From Deltaproteobacteria bacterium (lineage in GTDB: Bacteria > SAR324 > XYD2-FULL-50-16): a DNA stretch of 64,000 nt. A program made the position numbers and the translations under genes. The DNA lies in NCBI GenBank assembly GCA_018645005.1, contig JABGPJ010000099.1, positions 33-64,032 of the forward strand, written 5' to 3'. The notes under the pieces are model-generated. The model did not search any database, was not told the DNA's origin, and was given only the letters and a program-made list of their open reading frames with translations. Below are positions 30,824 through 41,054 of the stretch, piece after piece; position 1 is the first letter of the stretch, and each line of letters begins with the position of its first letter.

Positions 30824-32500
30824 ATGTCATCACAATCTAAAAAGACGCCACCCGACAGTATAACTGGCTCTGAAGCTCTGGTGAGAGCGCTTGAAGATCT
30901 GGGAGTTGAAGTTATTTTTGGCTATCCAGGCGGTGCCAATCTCCCGATTTATGATAAACTGCGGAAATCGAAAATTCGTCATATAATGGCCCGTCATGAA
31001 CAGGGGGCGGCTCACATGGCTGACGGCTACGCAAGAGTGGCGAAAAAACCGGGGGTCTGCCTGGCGACATCTGGGCCAGGGGCTACAAATCTCGTAACAG
31101 GTTTGGCCAATGCCTTGCTGGATTCGACTCCTCTCGTCGCTATTACAGGACAGATTTCCCGTCAACTGATCGGTACTGACGCCTTTCAGGAGGTCGACTG
31201 CATCAATATCACGATGCCGGTGACGAAACACAATGAGTTGATTCGGTATGAAAAGGATTTGATTCCAGCAATTGAATCCGCATTCTATATCGCTAACTCT
31301 GGACGTAAGGGACCGGTTCTGATTGACCTGCCTGTTGACGTGCTCAACGCCAGTTATCCCCATGAATTTCAGCATAAAATCAACTTGCCTGGATATAAAC
31401 CAACCCTCAAAGGCAATATTGGTCAGATAAAGCGAGCTCTGAAAGCTTTGAAGAATGCTGAAAAACCGCTGATTCTTTTCGGTGGAGGGGTGGTTTTGTC
31501 TGATTCTGTCTCTGAACTCCTGCATTTTATACGTGCAACACAAATCCCGGTGATAAGAACCCTCATGGGAACGGGTGTCATTCCCCATAATGACCCTCTG
31601 TTTGTAGGGATGATTGGAACCCATGGAAGCAGCAGGGCCAATAAAATACTTGCGAAAGAGGCTGATGTGGTCCTGATGATGGGAACGCGTCTTGGTGACC
31701 GTTCTTTTGTGAAAAAAAAGCCGGAATTTGCTGAAAATGCTAAGATAATCCATCTTGACATTGATCCAGCGGAAATTGGCAAAAACATAAAAGTTGATAT
31801 TCCAATTGTAGGTGATATTAAGGAGGTCCTCTCGGATATGAACGAAAGGATATCCAAGAAACCCTTTTCCAAAGAAAAGCCCTGGGTGACGGTTAAAAAG
31901 AAAAAGACGAAGCTGTCTACCCGTGATGACGCAGAAATTCTGGAGGATATTTTTATCAGTCTGTCAGGCTTTGATATGAAGCTGAATGTCAGTACTGATG
32001 TGGGGAGACACCAGATGTGGGCAAATCATTTCTGCACGAACCCCCTTCACCTTCCACTTCTGACGTCCGGCGGCCTCGGCACGATGGGTTTTGGATTGCC
32101 GGCAGCCATTGGCGCCTGGTTTGCAGAGCCCGAGACACCGGTTGTCAACATATCGGGTGATGGTAGTTTCATGATGAATATGCAGGAGTTTGCCATTGCT
32201 GTTGAACATCAGATTCCACTGACAGTTATCATCGCTAATGATTCTCGCTTGAGCATGATCAGGGAACTGCAGCACTCCAATTATAAAGATCGATATACGG
32301 TTCACGAATTAGGCCGGTCTGTCAGTTTCAAAAAAATTGCGGAAGCAATGGGTGGTGATGGGCTGGAAATCACGCATAACAACCAGATTACGTCGGCTAT
32401 TCAACAGGCGCTTTCCAGTGGGAAACCGACCATCATCGATTTCAATCTGGAGAATATCTCCAAATCCTCCCATCTGACATGGGATACAAAAGCATCTTGA
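30824..32500 (+). CDS. ilvB: Acetolactate synthase (AHAS) large subunit
   Basis: 558 aa. 'GYPGGANLPIYD', 'TSGPGATNLVTG' and ThDP motif 'GDGSFMMNMQE...N'. The start is 12 nt after the rpoC stop. Confidence 0.93.
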   Translation: MSSQSKKTPPDSITGSEALVRALEDLGVEVIFGYPGGANLPIYDKLRKSKIRHIMARHEQGAAHMADGYARVAKKPGVCLATSGPGATNLVTGLANALLDSTPLVAITGQISRQLIGTDAFQEVDCINITMPVTKHNELIRYEKDLIPAIESAFYIANSGRKGPVLIDLPVDVLNASYPHEFQHKINLPGYKPTLKGNIGQIKRALKALKNAEKPLILFGGGVVLSDSVSELLHFIRATQIPVIRTLMGTGVIPHNDPLFVGMIGTHGSSRANKILAKEADVVLMMGTRLGDRSFVKKKPEFAENAKIIHLDIDPAEIGKNIKVDIPIVGDIKEVLSDMNERISKKPFSKEKPWVTVKKKKTKLSTRDDAEILEDIFISLSGFDMKLNVSTDVGRHQMWANHFCTNPLHLPLLTSGGLGTMGFGLPAAIGAWFAEPETPVVNISGDGSFMMNMQEFAIAVEHQIPLTVIIANDSRLSMIRELQHSNYKDRYTVHELGRSVSFKKIAEAMGGDGLEITHNNQITSAIQQALSSGKPTIIDFNLENISKSSHLTWDTKAS

Positions 32501-32637
32501 CAACATAGCGGGCTGGCGTATATCCGCCGATTTTGCCAGCAGATGCATCAATCCCCACAACAATTGTTAATACGTTATGATGGATCTTCCTGAAGAAAGG
32601 TCCTCTCAAGCCATACTGCACCGTATTTGAAACAGCC

Positions 32638-33135
32638 ATGGAAAAAACGGACAAGGAAAAAAGGCATATTATCGCTATCGAAGTTGAAGATATTCCCGGC
32701 GTTTTAAGTCGGATCTCGACGCTGTTTTCGAGAAGGGGGTATAACATTGATAGTTTGACTGTCGGTCGCACCCATAAGCCTGGTATCAGCCGATTTACAA
32801 TCGTTGTTCGTGGTGACGATACCGTCTTGGAACAGATCCGCAAACAGACCCAGAAATTGATTCATATCTTGACGACGGAATATCTTGAAAAAGACAATGC
32901 TGTGATGCGGGAATTTGCCATTATCAAACTAGTCTATGATAAAGATTCCTCAACTGAAATCAACGAACTGGTTGATCTTTATGGCGCCAGAATGTTGAAC
33001 TCATTAAATGAAATTCTCATAGTAGAATTTTCAGGGACCGAAGAGAAAATTGATCTTGTTTTTGAAGACCTGAAGTCGTTTGTCGTCCTGGAATCCATTC
33101 GGACCGGTAAAATCGGTATGAGAACCGGACGATAA
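32638..33135 (+). CDS. ilvN: Acetolactate synthase small (regulatory) subunit
   Basis: 165 aa. ACT-domain N-terminus 'HIIAIEVEDIPGVLSRISTLFSRRGYNIDSLTVG' is collinear with E. coli IlvH. Confidence 0.92.
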   Translation: MEKTDKEKRHIIAIEVEDIPGVLSRISTLFSRRGYNIDSLTVGRTHKPGISRFTIVVRGDDTVLEQIRKQTQKLIHILTTEYLEKDNAVMREFAIIKLVYDKDSSTEINELVDLYGARMLNSLNEILIVEFSGTEEKIDLVFEDLKSFVVLESIRTGKIGMRTGR

Positions 33136-33174
33136 CTGTGGTTTTATCCAACCTTATTTCCTATATCGAGGTCT

Positions 33175-34986
33175 GTGAAAACTGAGTATAACCAGCAAAA
33201 AATTCGAAATTTCTGCATCATTGCCCACATCGATCACGGAAAATCCACGGTTGCAGACCGTATTATGGAGTATACAGGTGCATTGACCGAAAGGGAGAGC
33301 CAGAATCAGTTCCTTGACAGTATGGATATTGAGCGGGAACGAGGTATAACAATCAAGGCGCAAACAGTTTCCCTTAATTATAAGAGCAAGGATGGGGAGA
33401 TCTATCAACTGAACCTGATTGATACTCCAGGGCATGTCGATTTTTCATATGAGGTATCTCGCTCCATAGCGGCCTGTGAAGGCGCTCTGTTGATCGTGGA
33501 TGCTGCCCAGGGGGTAGAAGCCCAGACTCTGGCCAACGTATATCTGGCTTTAGATCATGATTTGGAAATTATTCCGGTTCTTAATAAAGTGGATCTGCCG
33601 GCAGCCGAGCCGGATCAGGTAGCTGCCGAAATCGAGGAAATCGTTGGTTTGGATGCGTCCAATGCTGTTCGAGCAAGTGCCAAACATGGTATCGGAATTG
33701 AAGAAATCCTGGAGCAGGTTGTACAATTGGTTCCGGCTCCAAAAGGGGATCCGGAAGATGTACTCAGGGCCTTAATTTTTGATTCCTGGTTTGACCCATA
33801 TTTAGGTATTGTCGTTCTGTTCCGAATTGTATCCGGCTCCCTTGCTGATAGAAGTTCCATCCGCTTGATGATGACGGGCAAGGAATTTCAGATTACCCAA
33901 ATGGGCAAGTTTACGCCTTTCAAAAAGGATGTGGACATGCTTTATGCAGGTGAGGTCGGATTTCTGGCAGCTTCGATTAAGAGCATTGGAGATGTAAAAA
34001 TCGGAGATACAATTACACTGGCTGGGCGACCGGCTGGAGATTCACTACCTGGCTATGCAGATGTACAACCAATGGTCTTCAGCGGGGTATTTCCAGTGGA
34101 TTCCCAGGATTTTATTGATCTGAAGGAAGCGCTCAGCAAACTTGCCTTGAATGATTCTGCGATAACATATGTTGCGGAAACATCTGCTGCACTTGGCTTT
34201 GGTTTTCGCTGCGGATTTCTGGGCCTGCTTCATATGGAGATCGTTCAGGAACGTCTTGAAAGAGAGTTCGGGATGAATCTGTTGGTCACCTCTCCATCTG
34301 TCATATATAAAGTGCATACGGTAGCCGGTGAAATCCTGGAAATTGAGAACCCGAGTCAGCTTCCTGATCCCACAGGAATAAAGCTGATCGAAGAACCATT
34401 TATCAAAGGAAATATCATTATTCCCAGTGAATATGTTGGCCGGGTCATGAAACTGGCACTTGAACGACGGGGAATTCAAAAAGAGATGGACTACATTAGC
34501 AAACATCGGGTCTCACTGAATTATGAGCTGCCGTTGAACGAAGTCGTGTACGACTTTTTCGATCAACTCAAATCCTTGACGCAGGGATATGCGTCATTTG
34601 ACTACGAATTGATTGATTACCGTAAAGCAGATCTGATCAAACTGGATATCAAGTTAAACGGCGAGCTTGTCGATGCTCTGTCCATTGTCATTCACAAGGA
34701 GAAAGCCTACCATAAAGGCAGGGAGCTGGCTAAAAAACTCAAGCAGCTGATTCACCGTCAAATGTTTGAAATAGCTGTTCAGGCGACCATCGGCAGCAAA
34801 GTGATCGCCAGAGAAACCATTAGCGCCATGCGTAAGAATGTGACAGCTAAATGCTATGGTGGAGATATTTCCCGCAAACGAAAACTGCTTGAAAAACAGA
34901 AAAAAGGGAAAAAACGTATGAAACAGCTGGGGTCCGTGGAAGTACCCCAGGAAGCGTTTCTGGCAATTTTGAAGTTGAATGATTGA
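33175..34986 (+). CDS. lepA: Translation elongation factor 4 (LepA)
   Basis: 603 aa. '[16 protein letters not shown]', 'DTPGHVDF', 'NKVDLP', and the LepA-specific C-terminus '[25 protein letters not shown]'. Confidence 0.97.
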   Translation: MKTEYNQQKIRNFCIIAHIDHGKSTVADRIMEYTGALTERESQNQFLDSMDIERERGITIKAQTVSLNYKSKDGEIYQLNLIDTPGHVDFSYEVSRSIAACEGALLIVDAAQGVEAQTLANVYLALDHDLEIIPVLNKVDLPAAEPDQVAAEIEEIVGLDASNAVRASAKHGIGIEEILEQVVQLVPAPKGDPEDVLRALIFDSWFDPYLGIVVLFRIVSGSLADRSSIRLMMTGKEFQITQMGKFTPFKKDVDMLYAGEVGFLAASIKSIGDVKIGDTITLAGRPAGDSLPGYADVQPMVFSGVFPVDSQDFIDLKEALSKLALNDSAITYVAETSAALGFGFRCGFLGLLHMEIVQERLEREFGMNLLVTSPSVIYKVHTVAGEILEIENPSQLPDPTGIKLIEEPFIKGNIIIPSEYVGRVMKLALERRGIQKEMDYISKHRVSLNYELPLNEVVYDFFDQLKSLTQGYASFDYELIDYRKADLIKLDIKLNGELVDALSIVIHKEKAYHKGRELAKKLKQLIHRQMFEIAVQATIGSKVIARETISAMRKNVTAKCYGGDISRKRKLLEKQKKGKKRMKQLGSVEVPQEAFLAILKLND

Positions 34987-35193
34987 TAAAAGCCATGTCA
35001 GCATCAGGATTAGCATTCGCTTTTTGAGTTTGAAAGACAACCAGATGGTTCGTTTGACGTTGAATCGGGGTGAAATCAATCTTGAAGACGTGAGTTGGCC
35101 ACGATAGAAGCGGTTTCGCGAGAGTTTTACGGATCGCCGGAAAGTGGAAAATATCGGGAGTAATCCTAAAATGGATAGACAAAGGCGAATGAC

Positions 35194-35868
35194 GTGTCCA
35201 TAAAACCACTTATTACGTTTCGAAAAGTAAAAAAGAGCTTTTTAGGAAAGGAACCCCTATTTTCAGATATCAACTTGGAGATATCCGAAGGAGAGTTCAT
35301 ATTCCTGACAGGAGTCAGCGGTGCCGGTAAATCAACTCTTTTTCGGTTGTTGCTTGGCCTGGAGAAACCGGACGACGGTTCGATAAAGTTCAATGGCAGC
35401 GAGGTCACATCGCTGGTAGGAAAAGAGATGCTCCAACATCGGCGATCCATCGGGATGATCTTTCAGGATTACAAACTATTGGAAAAAAGAACAGCTGAAG
35501 ACAATATCGCAATACCGCTTCAGATCAAGGGCATATCCCGGAGTGTTAAAAGCGCCAAAATCAAGGATATTACACATAAGCTGAAGATCAGCCAAATACT
35601 AAAACAACAAGTCCGAAGTCTTTCTGGTGGAGAACAACAGTTGATTGCGATTGCCCGGGCTGCAGTCCACTCCCCGACACTCATTCTTGCTGATGAGCCT
35701 ACAGCGAATCTGGATCCGAGAATGGCAACACGCATATTTGATATGTTGACTCTTTTAAATGAAGAGGGCATGACTGTAGTTGTGGCCACCCATGATATTA
35801 ATCTCTTGAAAGCGCACAAAAAACGGATTCTTCTTTTGAAACAGTCCGCTTTGATTGAAGTTCATTGA
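35194..35868 (+). CDS. ftsE: Cell division ATP-binding protein FtsE
   Basis: 224 aa. Walker A 'GVSGAGKST', signature 'LSGGEQQ', Walker B 'ILADEPT'. Followed directly by an FtsX-like permease. Confidence 0.9.
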   Translation: MSIKPLITFRKVKKSFLGKEPLFSDINLEISEGEFIFLTGVSGAGKSTLFRLLLGLEKPDDGSIKFNGSEVTSLVGKEMLQHRRSIGMIFQDYKLLEKRTAEDNIAIPLQIKGISRSVKSAKIKDITHKLKISQILKQQVRSLSGGEQQLIAIARAAVHSPTLILADEPTANLDPRMATRIFDMLTLLNEEGMTVVVATHDINLLKAHKKRILLLKQSALIEVH

Positions 35869-35889
35869 TTCTTAGTTTTCTTTAACTGT

Positions 35890-36786
35890 TTGACAAAAAT
35901 GATCGCATCCGCTTTTGGGCAGACAATCGAAAACTTGCGTGAAAACTACTCCACTACCCTTTCCGGGATTGTGATGACCAGTTTTTCACTGGTGATCCTC
36001 GGAATCTTCGTACTCGTCTATTTAAATCTCATCCATCTGACACAGCTGGCGTTTCTCAAAAATCACTATTCTGTTTTTTTGAATGATCAGGCAAGTGTCG
36101 CGCACCAAAAAGAGATATCTATCTATATCAAAGACCTCCCGGATGTTGGAGAAATCAAGAAGATTTCATCTGCAGAAGCAAAAACCCAGTTGATTGAGAG
36201 TTTTGATGAAGCTCAGGAGATGCTCAAAAAGTTAGACTTTCCAAAGTTTCCCGATATCATTGAATTTGTCTTGAATCGGTCGGAGCCATTGACCGCAAAC
36301 GAAATCGCTCGTTTAAAGGCTTTCGAAGGTGTTCAGGATGTGATCACGGGCAGAGAAACACGGGATCAGATCAATACCTTTTTTAATATCGCAAACTTTG
36401 TCGGACTGTTCCTTATTGTTTTGCTGATTGTATGTATGGTGTTGATTATATACAATACCATACATATAGCGATCCGCATGCGAATTAAAGAGATTGAAAT
36501 CCTGAAGATTCTGGGAGCACCTTCAGAGTTTATCAGATGGCCATACATCTTGGAAGGTTTTCTGATTGCGGTGGTCAGTTACATTTTATCGCTCGCAATA
36601 ATCTATTTCTTATACAGTTTTGTTGTCGCTGGTATTACATTTAACACAGCGACATATTCTATCCGGACAGTTGTTCGTTTCTTTTCTCCACTGGAGATGG
36701 GAAACCTCTTTTTGACACTAATCCTGCTTGGGCTGTTTTCATCATTTCTGGCCGCAAATAAAGTAATCAATTACCTCGATGTTTAA
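35890..36786 (+). CDS. ftsX: Cell division permease-like protein FtsX
   Basis: 298 aa. One N-terminal TM segment, a periplasmic loop, then three C-terminal TM segments containing the 'IRMRIKEIEILKILGA' motif typical of the FtsX family. Confidence 0.88.
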   Translation: MTKMIASAFGQTIENLRENYSTTLSGIVMTSFSLVILGIFVLVYLNLIHLTQLAFLKNHYSVFLNDQASVAHQKEISIYIKDLPDVGEIKKISSAEAKTQLIESFDEAQEMLKKLDFPKFPDIIEFVLNRSEPLTANEIARLKAFEGVQDVITGRETRDQINTFFNIANFVGLFLIVLLIVCMVLIIYNTIHIAIRMRIKEIEILKILGAPSEFIRWPYILEGFLIAVVSYILSLAIIYFLYSFVVAGITFNTATYSIRTVVRFFSPLEMGNLFLTLILLGLFSSFLAANKVINYLDV

Positions 36787-36816
36787 CAAGGGGCAACGAT
36801 CAATTCCGAGATCGGA

Positions 36817-38019
36817 ATGAAGAATTCTTCTTTTTATTTCCCTGTTGTTCTGCCTGTCCTCATACTTGTTTTCTGCCTCTTTCCGCTCACTGAAGCGCAC
36901 CCCAAATCCCCAAAAAAAATCGATCGTCTGATTCGCCTGAGAAAATCTGAAAAACGACGGTTAACAAATGAGCAGAAGGAAACTCTGGTTCAGATTAATA
37001 TTACCGAGAAAAGAACGACAAGAGTTCTGGAAGCGCTGAAAGTTCTTGGAGAGAACATTCAGCGCTCACAGAAAAAACTGAATAGACTGAAGCGGAACAT
37101 GTTCCGTCTAAAAAAACAGATAATTGAAACTGGATTTAAAATTAGAGATCTTGAAACTAAGATTGAAAAAGATAAAGAAAAGATCAATCAGCAGCTGCTA
37201 GCTCTGTTTTATATCGGACGAGTGAAGAAGATGACATTGTTTATTGGCTTGAGTTCCTTCGAACACTATTTTCGAAATCAAAAACTTCTTCATACCAGTA
37301 CCCAGATTGATGTGGAACTTCTTAACCGGTTTAACCAGAATCTGGCGCAGCGTAAGGCGGAAAAAGAGAAATTGAATATTCAGCGCATAGATCTCAGCAG
37401 CCTCCAGGGAGAAGAAGAAGCCTTGAAAAAGCTGCTGGGATTTGAAAGGCAGCAACAGGTCACTTATTTAAATCATCTCAAAACGGATCGATCGGCACAT
37501 GTCCGATATTTGCGAGAAATCCAGGTGGAGATGGAGCAGCTGAATGATAAACTCTATACGTTGACGGTAAAAAAGGAAAATGAAAAAAAAACCAGCCTTT
37601 TTAAAGGGTTTTTCAACAAAAAAAACAGTCTGCGATCTCCCGTCAGTGGCACAATCGTTCATCATTTCGGTCAAAGACAATCACCTTTCTTCACATTATA
37701 TAGGAGGGGCGTCGTGGTTGAAACAGCAGCTGATGAATCTGTTCACAGTATTCTTACCGGGAAGGTAGTTTGGGCTGGACCCTTCCGAGGGTATCAAAAT
37801 CTCGTGATACTCGATCATGGCAAAGGAAGTTTTTCAGTCTACGGAAATCTAGGGGAGCTCTTTGTTTTGAAGGATGATGTTATTGATCAGGGGTATGTTC
37901 TTGGGGGTGTGGCGTATGACAAAGTTGAAGAACGATCATTATTCTATTTCGAAATGAGATATAACAAAAGAGCTGTTAATCCTTCGCACTGGTTAAAGAA
38001 ACCTCGATGGAAAAAGTAA
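36817..38019 (+). CDS. EnvC-like murein hydrolase activator (coiled coil plus degenerate LytM/M23 domain)
   Basis: 400 aa. Signal peptide, long K/E/Q-rich coiled-coil region, then C-terminal LytM 'PVSGTIVHHFG ... LVILDHGKGSFSVYGNLG'. The 'YGNL' replaces the catalytic 'YxHL' of active M23 enzymes, as in EnvC. Position immediately after ftsEX. Confidence 0.82.
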   Translation: MKNSSFYFPVVLPVLILVFCLFPLTEAHPKSPKKIDRLIRLRKSEKRRLTNEQKETLVQINITEKRTTRVLEALKVLGENIQRSQKKLNRLKRNMFRLKKQIIETGFKIRDLETKIEKDKEKINQQLLALFYIGRVKKMTLFIGLSSFEHYFRNQKLLHTSTQIDVELLNRFNQNLAQRKAEKEKLNIQRIDLSSLQGEEEALKKLLGFERQQQVTYLNHLKTDRSAHVRYLREIQVEMEQLNDKLYTLTVKKENEKKTSLFKGFFNKKNSLRSPVSGTIVHHFGQRQSPFFTLYRRGVVVETAADESVHSILTGKVVWAGPFRGYQNLVILDHGKGSFSVYGNLGELFVLKDDVIDQGYVLGGVAYDKVEERSLFYFEMRYNKRAVNPSHWLKKPRWKK

Positions 38020-39098
38020 TCAATACAGGAATTTATGCCGATCTTATTCCCTTAGCGGAAGACTTTTTTGATAATCCCCTGGCAATCGTCGACCCATTAA
38101 AGGGGGATGGTTCTGATCGTAGTATCTATCGCATCTTTTCAGTTGAAAATCATCAACCACCCGTCGTTGGTGTTATTCATCGTAATGTTTCAGAAAACCA
38201 GGATTTTTTTCTGTTGACTCAAAAATTCCAGGAGACCGGCTTGTGCGTTCCCCAGATTTACTCCGTCAATTCAGCAGAAAACGCCTATCTGTTGCAGGAT
38301 CTTGGGCAGGATACCCTGGCTGATAAAATAACCGAATGGCATGCAGAAAATCGAAAAGATAAAATTCTGGACGCCTACCAGCTGGTTCTCGACAGCCTGT
38401 GTATGATGCAGCATGAATTACCATCAGTGTTGACTGAGTTCTTCAAGAACAGAATCATGGATGTTTCGGTTTATCAAGCTGACTTAGACTATTTTAAAAG
38501 GGATTTTATTGACCGGTTTGAATTCGATTCCTGGCTGAGTTTACGTGTGAAACATGAGCTACATTCGATTCTGTTTGAACATTTTGCCGATTTGGATGTC
38601 GGATATTTTGTTTATCGTGATTTTCAGGCGAGAAATATTATGTGGTTGGACAATACTCCCTGGTTTATAGACTATCAGTCTGCTTTTCTCGGACCCCGCT
38701 ATTATGATATGGCCTCTCTCCTGTACGGGTCTAAATCCGGATTGGATGAGTCAGCACGTGAATCTTTGAATCGCTATTATTATGGATTACTTCAACCAAC
38801 ACCCTTGCTCAGCTTTGAGAAATATGAAGCACTGTTCTATTTTTTCGTTGTCTTAAGGCGCTTGCGATCGTTGGGGACATACGGATATCTCTCAAGCGTG
38901 AAAGGCAAAACCGCATTTTTTGACAGCATCTATCCGACGTTGGAAGAACTGGTAAGGCTGTTTCACTCTCAACCCTGTCTGCGACAGTTTGTGAACCTTT
39001 TTGGTATGATGAGGAAGGTGAAAGATATTTGGGAACAACGTGGGGATGAATTCCGTTCCAGATTAACGAAAAGCCTGGAACGGAATAAGCCGGTTTAA
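38007..39098 (+). CDS. APH/choline-kinase-family phosphotransferase (AmgK-like sugar kinase candidate)
   Basis: 363 aa. Catalytic loop 'VYRDFQARNIMW' and metal-binding 'FIDYQSAFLGP' are in the spacing typical of the phosphotransferase enzyme family. Overlaps the envC-like stop by 13 nt. Confidence 0.7.
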   Translation: MEKVINTGIYADLIPLAEDFFDNPLAIVDPLKGDGSDRSIYRIFSVENHQPPVVGVIHRNVSENQDFFLLTQKFQETGLCVPQIYSVNSAENAYLLQDLGQDTLADKITEWHAENRKDKILDAYQLVLDSLCMMQHELPSVLTEFFKNRIMDVSVYQADLDYFKRDFIDRFEFDSWLSLRVKHELHSILFEHFADLDVGYFVYRDFQARNIMWLDNTPWFIDYQSAFLGPRYYDMASLLYGSKSGLDESARESLNRYYYGLLQPTPLLSFEKYEALFYFFVVLRRLRSLGTYGYLSSVKGKTAFFDSIYPTLEELVRLFHSQPCLRQFVNLFGMMRKVKDIWEQRGDEFRSRLTKSLERNKPV

Positions 39099-39109
39099 AT
39101 CTTGTGGTC

Positions 39110-39982
39110 TTACTTGACGACCTTGTTTAAGGCGTATTCGATAATTCCTTCTGCTCCACGCTCTAACAATACAGGAATAATTTCCCTGACCGTTTTTTCT
39201 TCAACTACTGTGTTCAAAGCTACCCAATCTGAATCGATCAGAGTGGAAACGGTTGGTTTGTTCAAGGCTGGTAGAATTTTGATGATATCGCCCATTTTAT
39301 CTTTGTGGACATTCATCATCAATCCGACCTTACTGCTGGCGGTTAGAACCGATTGTAACAGGAGAGAAAGGTGTTCAATTTTTTTTCGTTTGAAGGAATC
39401 TTTCCATGAGTCCCTGTTTGCGATCAGCCAGGTATTAGAAGTGCAAACCGTTTCAACGATACGCAGACGATTGGCCCTCAATGAGGAACCTGTTTCAGTA
39501 ATTTCAACAATAGCGTCGGCTAATTTTGGCGGTTTTACTTCTGTTGCACCCCAACTGAACTCTACATTTGCTTTGACATTGTGTTCCGCCAGATAATCTT
39601 TGGTCAGGTTCAGGACTTCAGTAGCGATCCGTTTTCCCTCTAAATCCTTAACATTTCTGATTTCAGATTCCTCAGGGACTGCCAGTACCCATCTCAAAGG
39701 GTTTTTTCCAACTTTGCCATAGACCAGCTCAGTCACTTCTTCAACCTGGGCACCTGTTTCTCTAATCCAGTCGTGTCCAGTCAATCCAGCGTCAAGTATT
39801 CCCTCCTCTACATAACGTGCCATCTCTTGTGCTCTGATCAGCATGCACTCTATTTCAATATCGTCTATGACAGGGTAATAGGACCGCGCATTAACGGTTA
39901 TTTTATATCCCGCTTTTGCAAATATTTCAATCGTACTTTTTTGTAAACTGCCTTTGGGAATTCCGAGTTGTAGTTTGGCCAT
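39110..39982 (-). CDS. hisG: ATP phosphoribosyltransferase (long form)
   Basis: 290 aa. '[23 protein letters not shown]', '[14 protein letters not shown]' and '[16 protein letters not shown]' fit HisG. The length fits the HisZ-independent long form. Confidence 0.85.
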   Translation of the reverse strand: MAKLQLGIPKGSLQKSTIEIFAKAGYKITVNARSYYPVIDDIEIECMLIRAQEMARYVEEGILDAGLTGHDWIRETGAQVEEVTELVYGKVGKNPLRWVLAVPEESEIRNVKDLEGKRIATEVLNLTKDYLAEHNVKANVEFSWGATEVKPPKLADAIVEITETGSSLRANRLRIVETVCTSNTWLIANRDSWKDSFKRKKIEHLSLLLQSVLTASSKVGLMMNVHKDKMGDIIKILPALNKPTVSTLIDSDWVALNTVVEEKTVREIIPVLLERGAEGIIEYALNKVVK

Positions 39983-40157
39983 GATCTTACTTTAAGTTTA
40001 CGCAATATAAGGTTTGTATGAATTGGATAAACAGAAAACAACAGATGTTTTCCAGCCCCAGTTGTTTCAGATTAGGGCTTATGTATGAGGGTGCCGTAGT
40101 TTATCTGAGTCTGCACTTCAACCAGAACTTAGTCAGCACAGCCTTTACCGAATCTGG

Positions 40158-40616
40158 TTAAAAGTTTTGAAACATGATACCCTGGGTTTCGTAGTAAGCT
40201 TGAGCAATCTGTCTTTGTAGCTGCTCAGCAAGATTCTTGTCGTCTTCTGCCTGTTCCGGCTCATTAAGGCGCAAAAAAAGCTCACTGCGACTGAAGTAGG
40301 CTGTCGGGTATTGAGGATTAAGGTTAATCGAGCGCTCAAAATCCGCCATTGCTTCATCTGTTTTGTTCAAAGCCAGATAAGCATTGCCCCGACTACAAAA
40401 GACTTTTTCATTTGTTGAATTTTGCTTAATGTAGTGGTTAAAATCCTCGATTGCCCCGAGATAATCGCTGTTGCGGAACTTAGCTGTTCCTCTGGTGAAG
40501 ATAGCGATGAGATTATCAGGTTCCATCTCCAATACTTTATCGAATATCTGAATGCACTCTTCAAAATTTCCCTGTGCAAATGCGTATTTGGCATCCAGCA
40601 TTAATTCTTCGGTCAT
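40158..40616 (-). CDS. Tetratricopeptide (TPR) repeat protein
   Basis: 152 aa. About three or four 34-aa repeats with the A/Y/F/N pattern, e.g. 'GNFEECIQIFDKVLEMEPDN', 'GAIEDFNHYIKQNSTN', 'EAMADFERSINLNPQY'. Confidence 0.75.
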   Translation of the reverse strand: MTEELMLDAKYAFAQGNFEECIQIFDKVLEMEPDNLIAIFTRGTAKFRNSDYLGAIEDFNHYIKQNSTNEKVFCSRGNAYLALNKTDEAMADFERSINLNPQYPTAYFSRSELFLRLNEPEQAEDDKNLAEQLQRQIAQAYYETQGIMFQNF

Positions 40617-40828
40617 TTTTACTCTTTTTTCGTGGTTTTATTCAAAAAAGGAATTGTGTTGATTGTGTTGAACGCTCCAATCGCTATAATATCAAATTCT
40701 GAAAGAATCCGTCACCATGAAAAACATAAAACAGAGATTGGGAGCAAAAACCACATGATAAAAACAACACTCTTATCAAGTTGCCTTTGAAACGATAAAG
40801 ATAAGGTACAAAGTAACTGTTCAACATG

Positions 40829-40966
40829 GCTCCGTCGAGGGGATCATGATTCAAAACACGCATGAATCCATCCCTGGAGCCGCACGAAAACGTCCTGTTT
40901 TTGAACATTTTGAATCACAATCCCTTCGACTCCGGAAAAGTGGTGAATAGTAACGTTACAAAAAAC
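40829..40966 (+). repeat. Family B structured repeat, copy 1 (long imperfect hairpin plus conserved 3' tail), upstream of hemH
   Basis: Near-identical blocks are shared with 45538..45670: 'gattcaaaacacgcatgaatccatccctgga', 'gaaaacgtcctgtttt', 'ttttgaatcacaatcc', 'tggtgaatagt..tacaaaaaa'. The outer stem 40834..40844 pairs with 40920..40930. Confidence 0.8.
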
Positions 40967-41054
40967 AAAAACAGAGCTATTATGATTTCATCATAAATTG
41001 GTTTTCAGGGTGATAAATTCTGAAAGCGCTTGTCAGACTTAATAACGGAGCAGG

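Noticed and set aside
30830-31753. 307-aa ORF antisense to ilvB, plus the overlapping 149-aa ORF at 31423..31872
   Set aside because: It lies entirely inside a gene with unmistakable AHAS motifs on the opposite strand. Its translation is Arg/Ser/His-rich with no motif. Long antisense ORFs of this kind are a common artefact.
32501-32637. 137-nt gap between ilvB and ilvN as a possible attenuator or missing small gene
   Set aside because: I found only weak 4-5-bp stems and no leader-peptide-like ORF rich in Ile/Leu/Val. There is nothing supportable.
36817-38019. The M23/LytM protein lacks the catalytic His ('YGNL' instead of 'YxHL'); considered as a decayed or inactive pseudogene
   Set aside because: Degenerate LytM domains are the known hallmark of EnvC/NlpD-type amidase activators. 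The ORF is intact and sits in the expected ftsEX context.
40684-40908. 74-aa minus-strand ORF in the TPR/hemH spacer
   Set aside because: It runs through the family B repeat, whose conservation pattern is that of a nucleotide-level hairpin with compensatory changes. It is not that of a coding frame.
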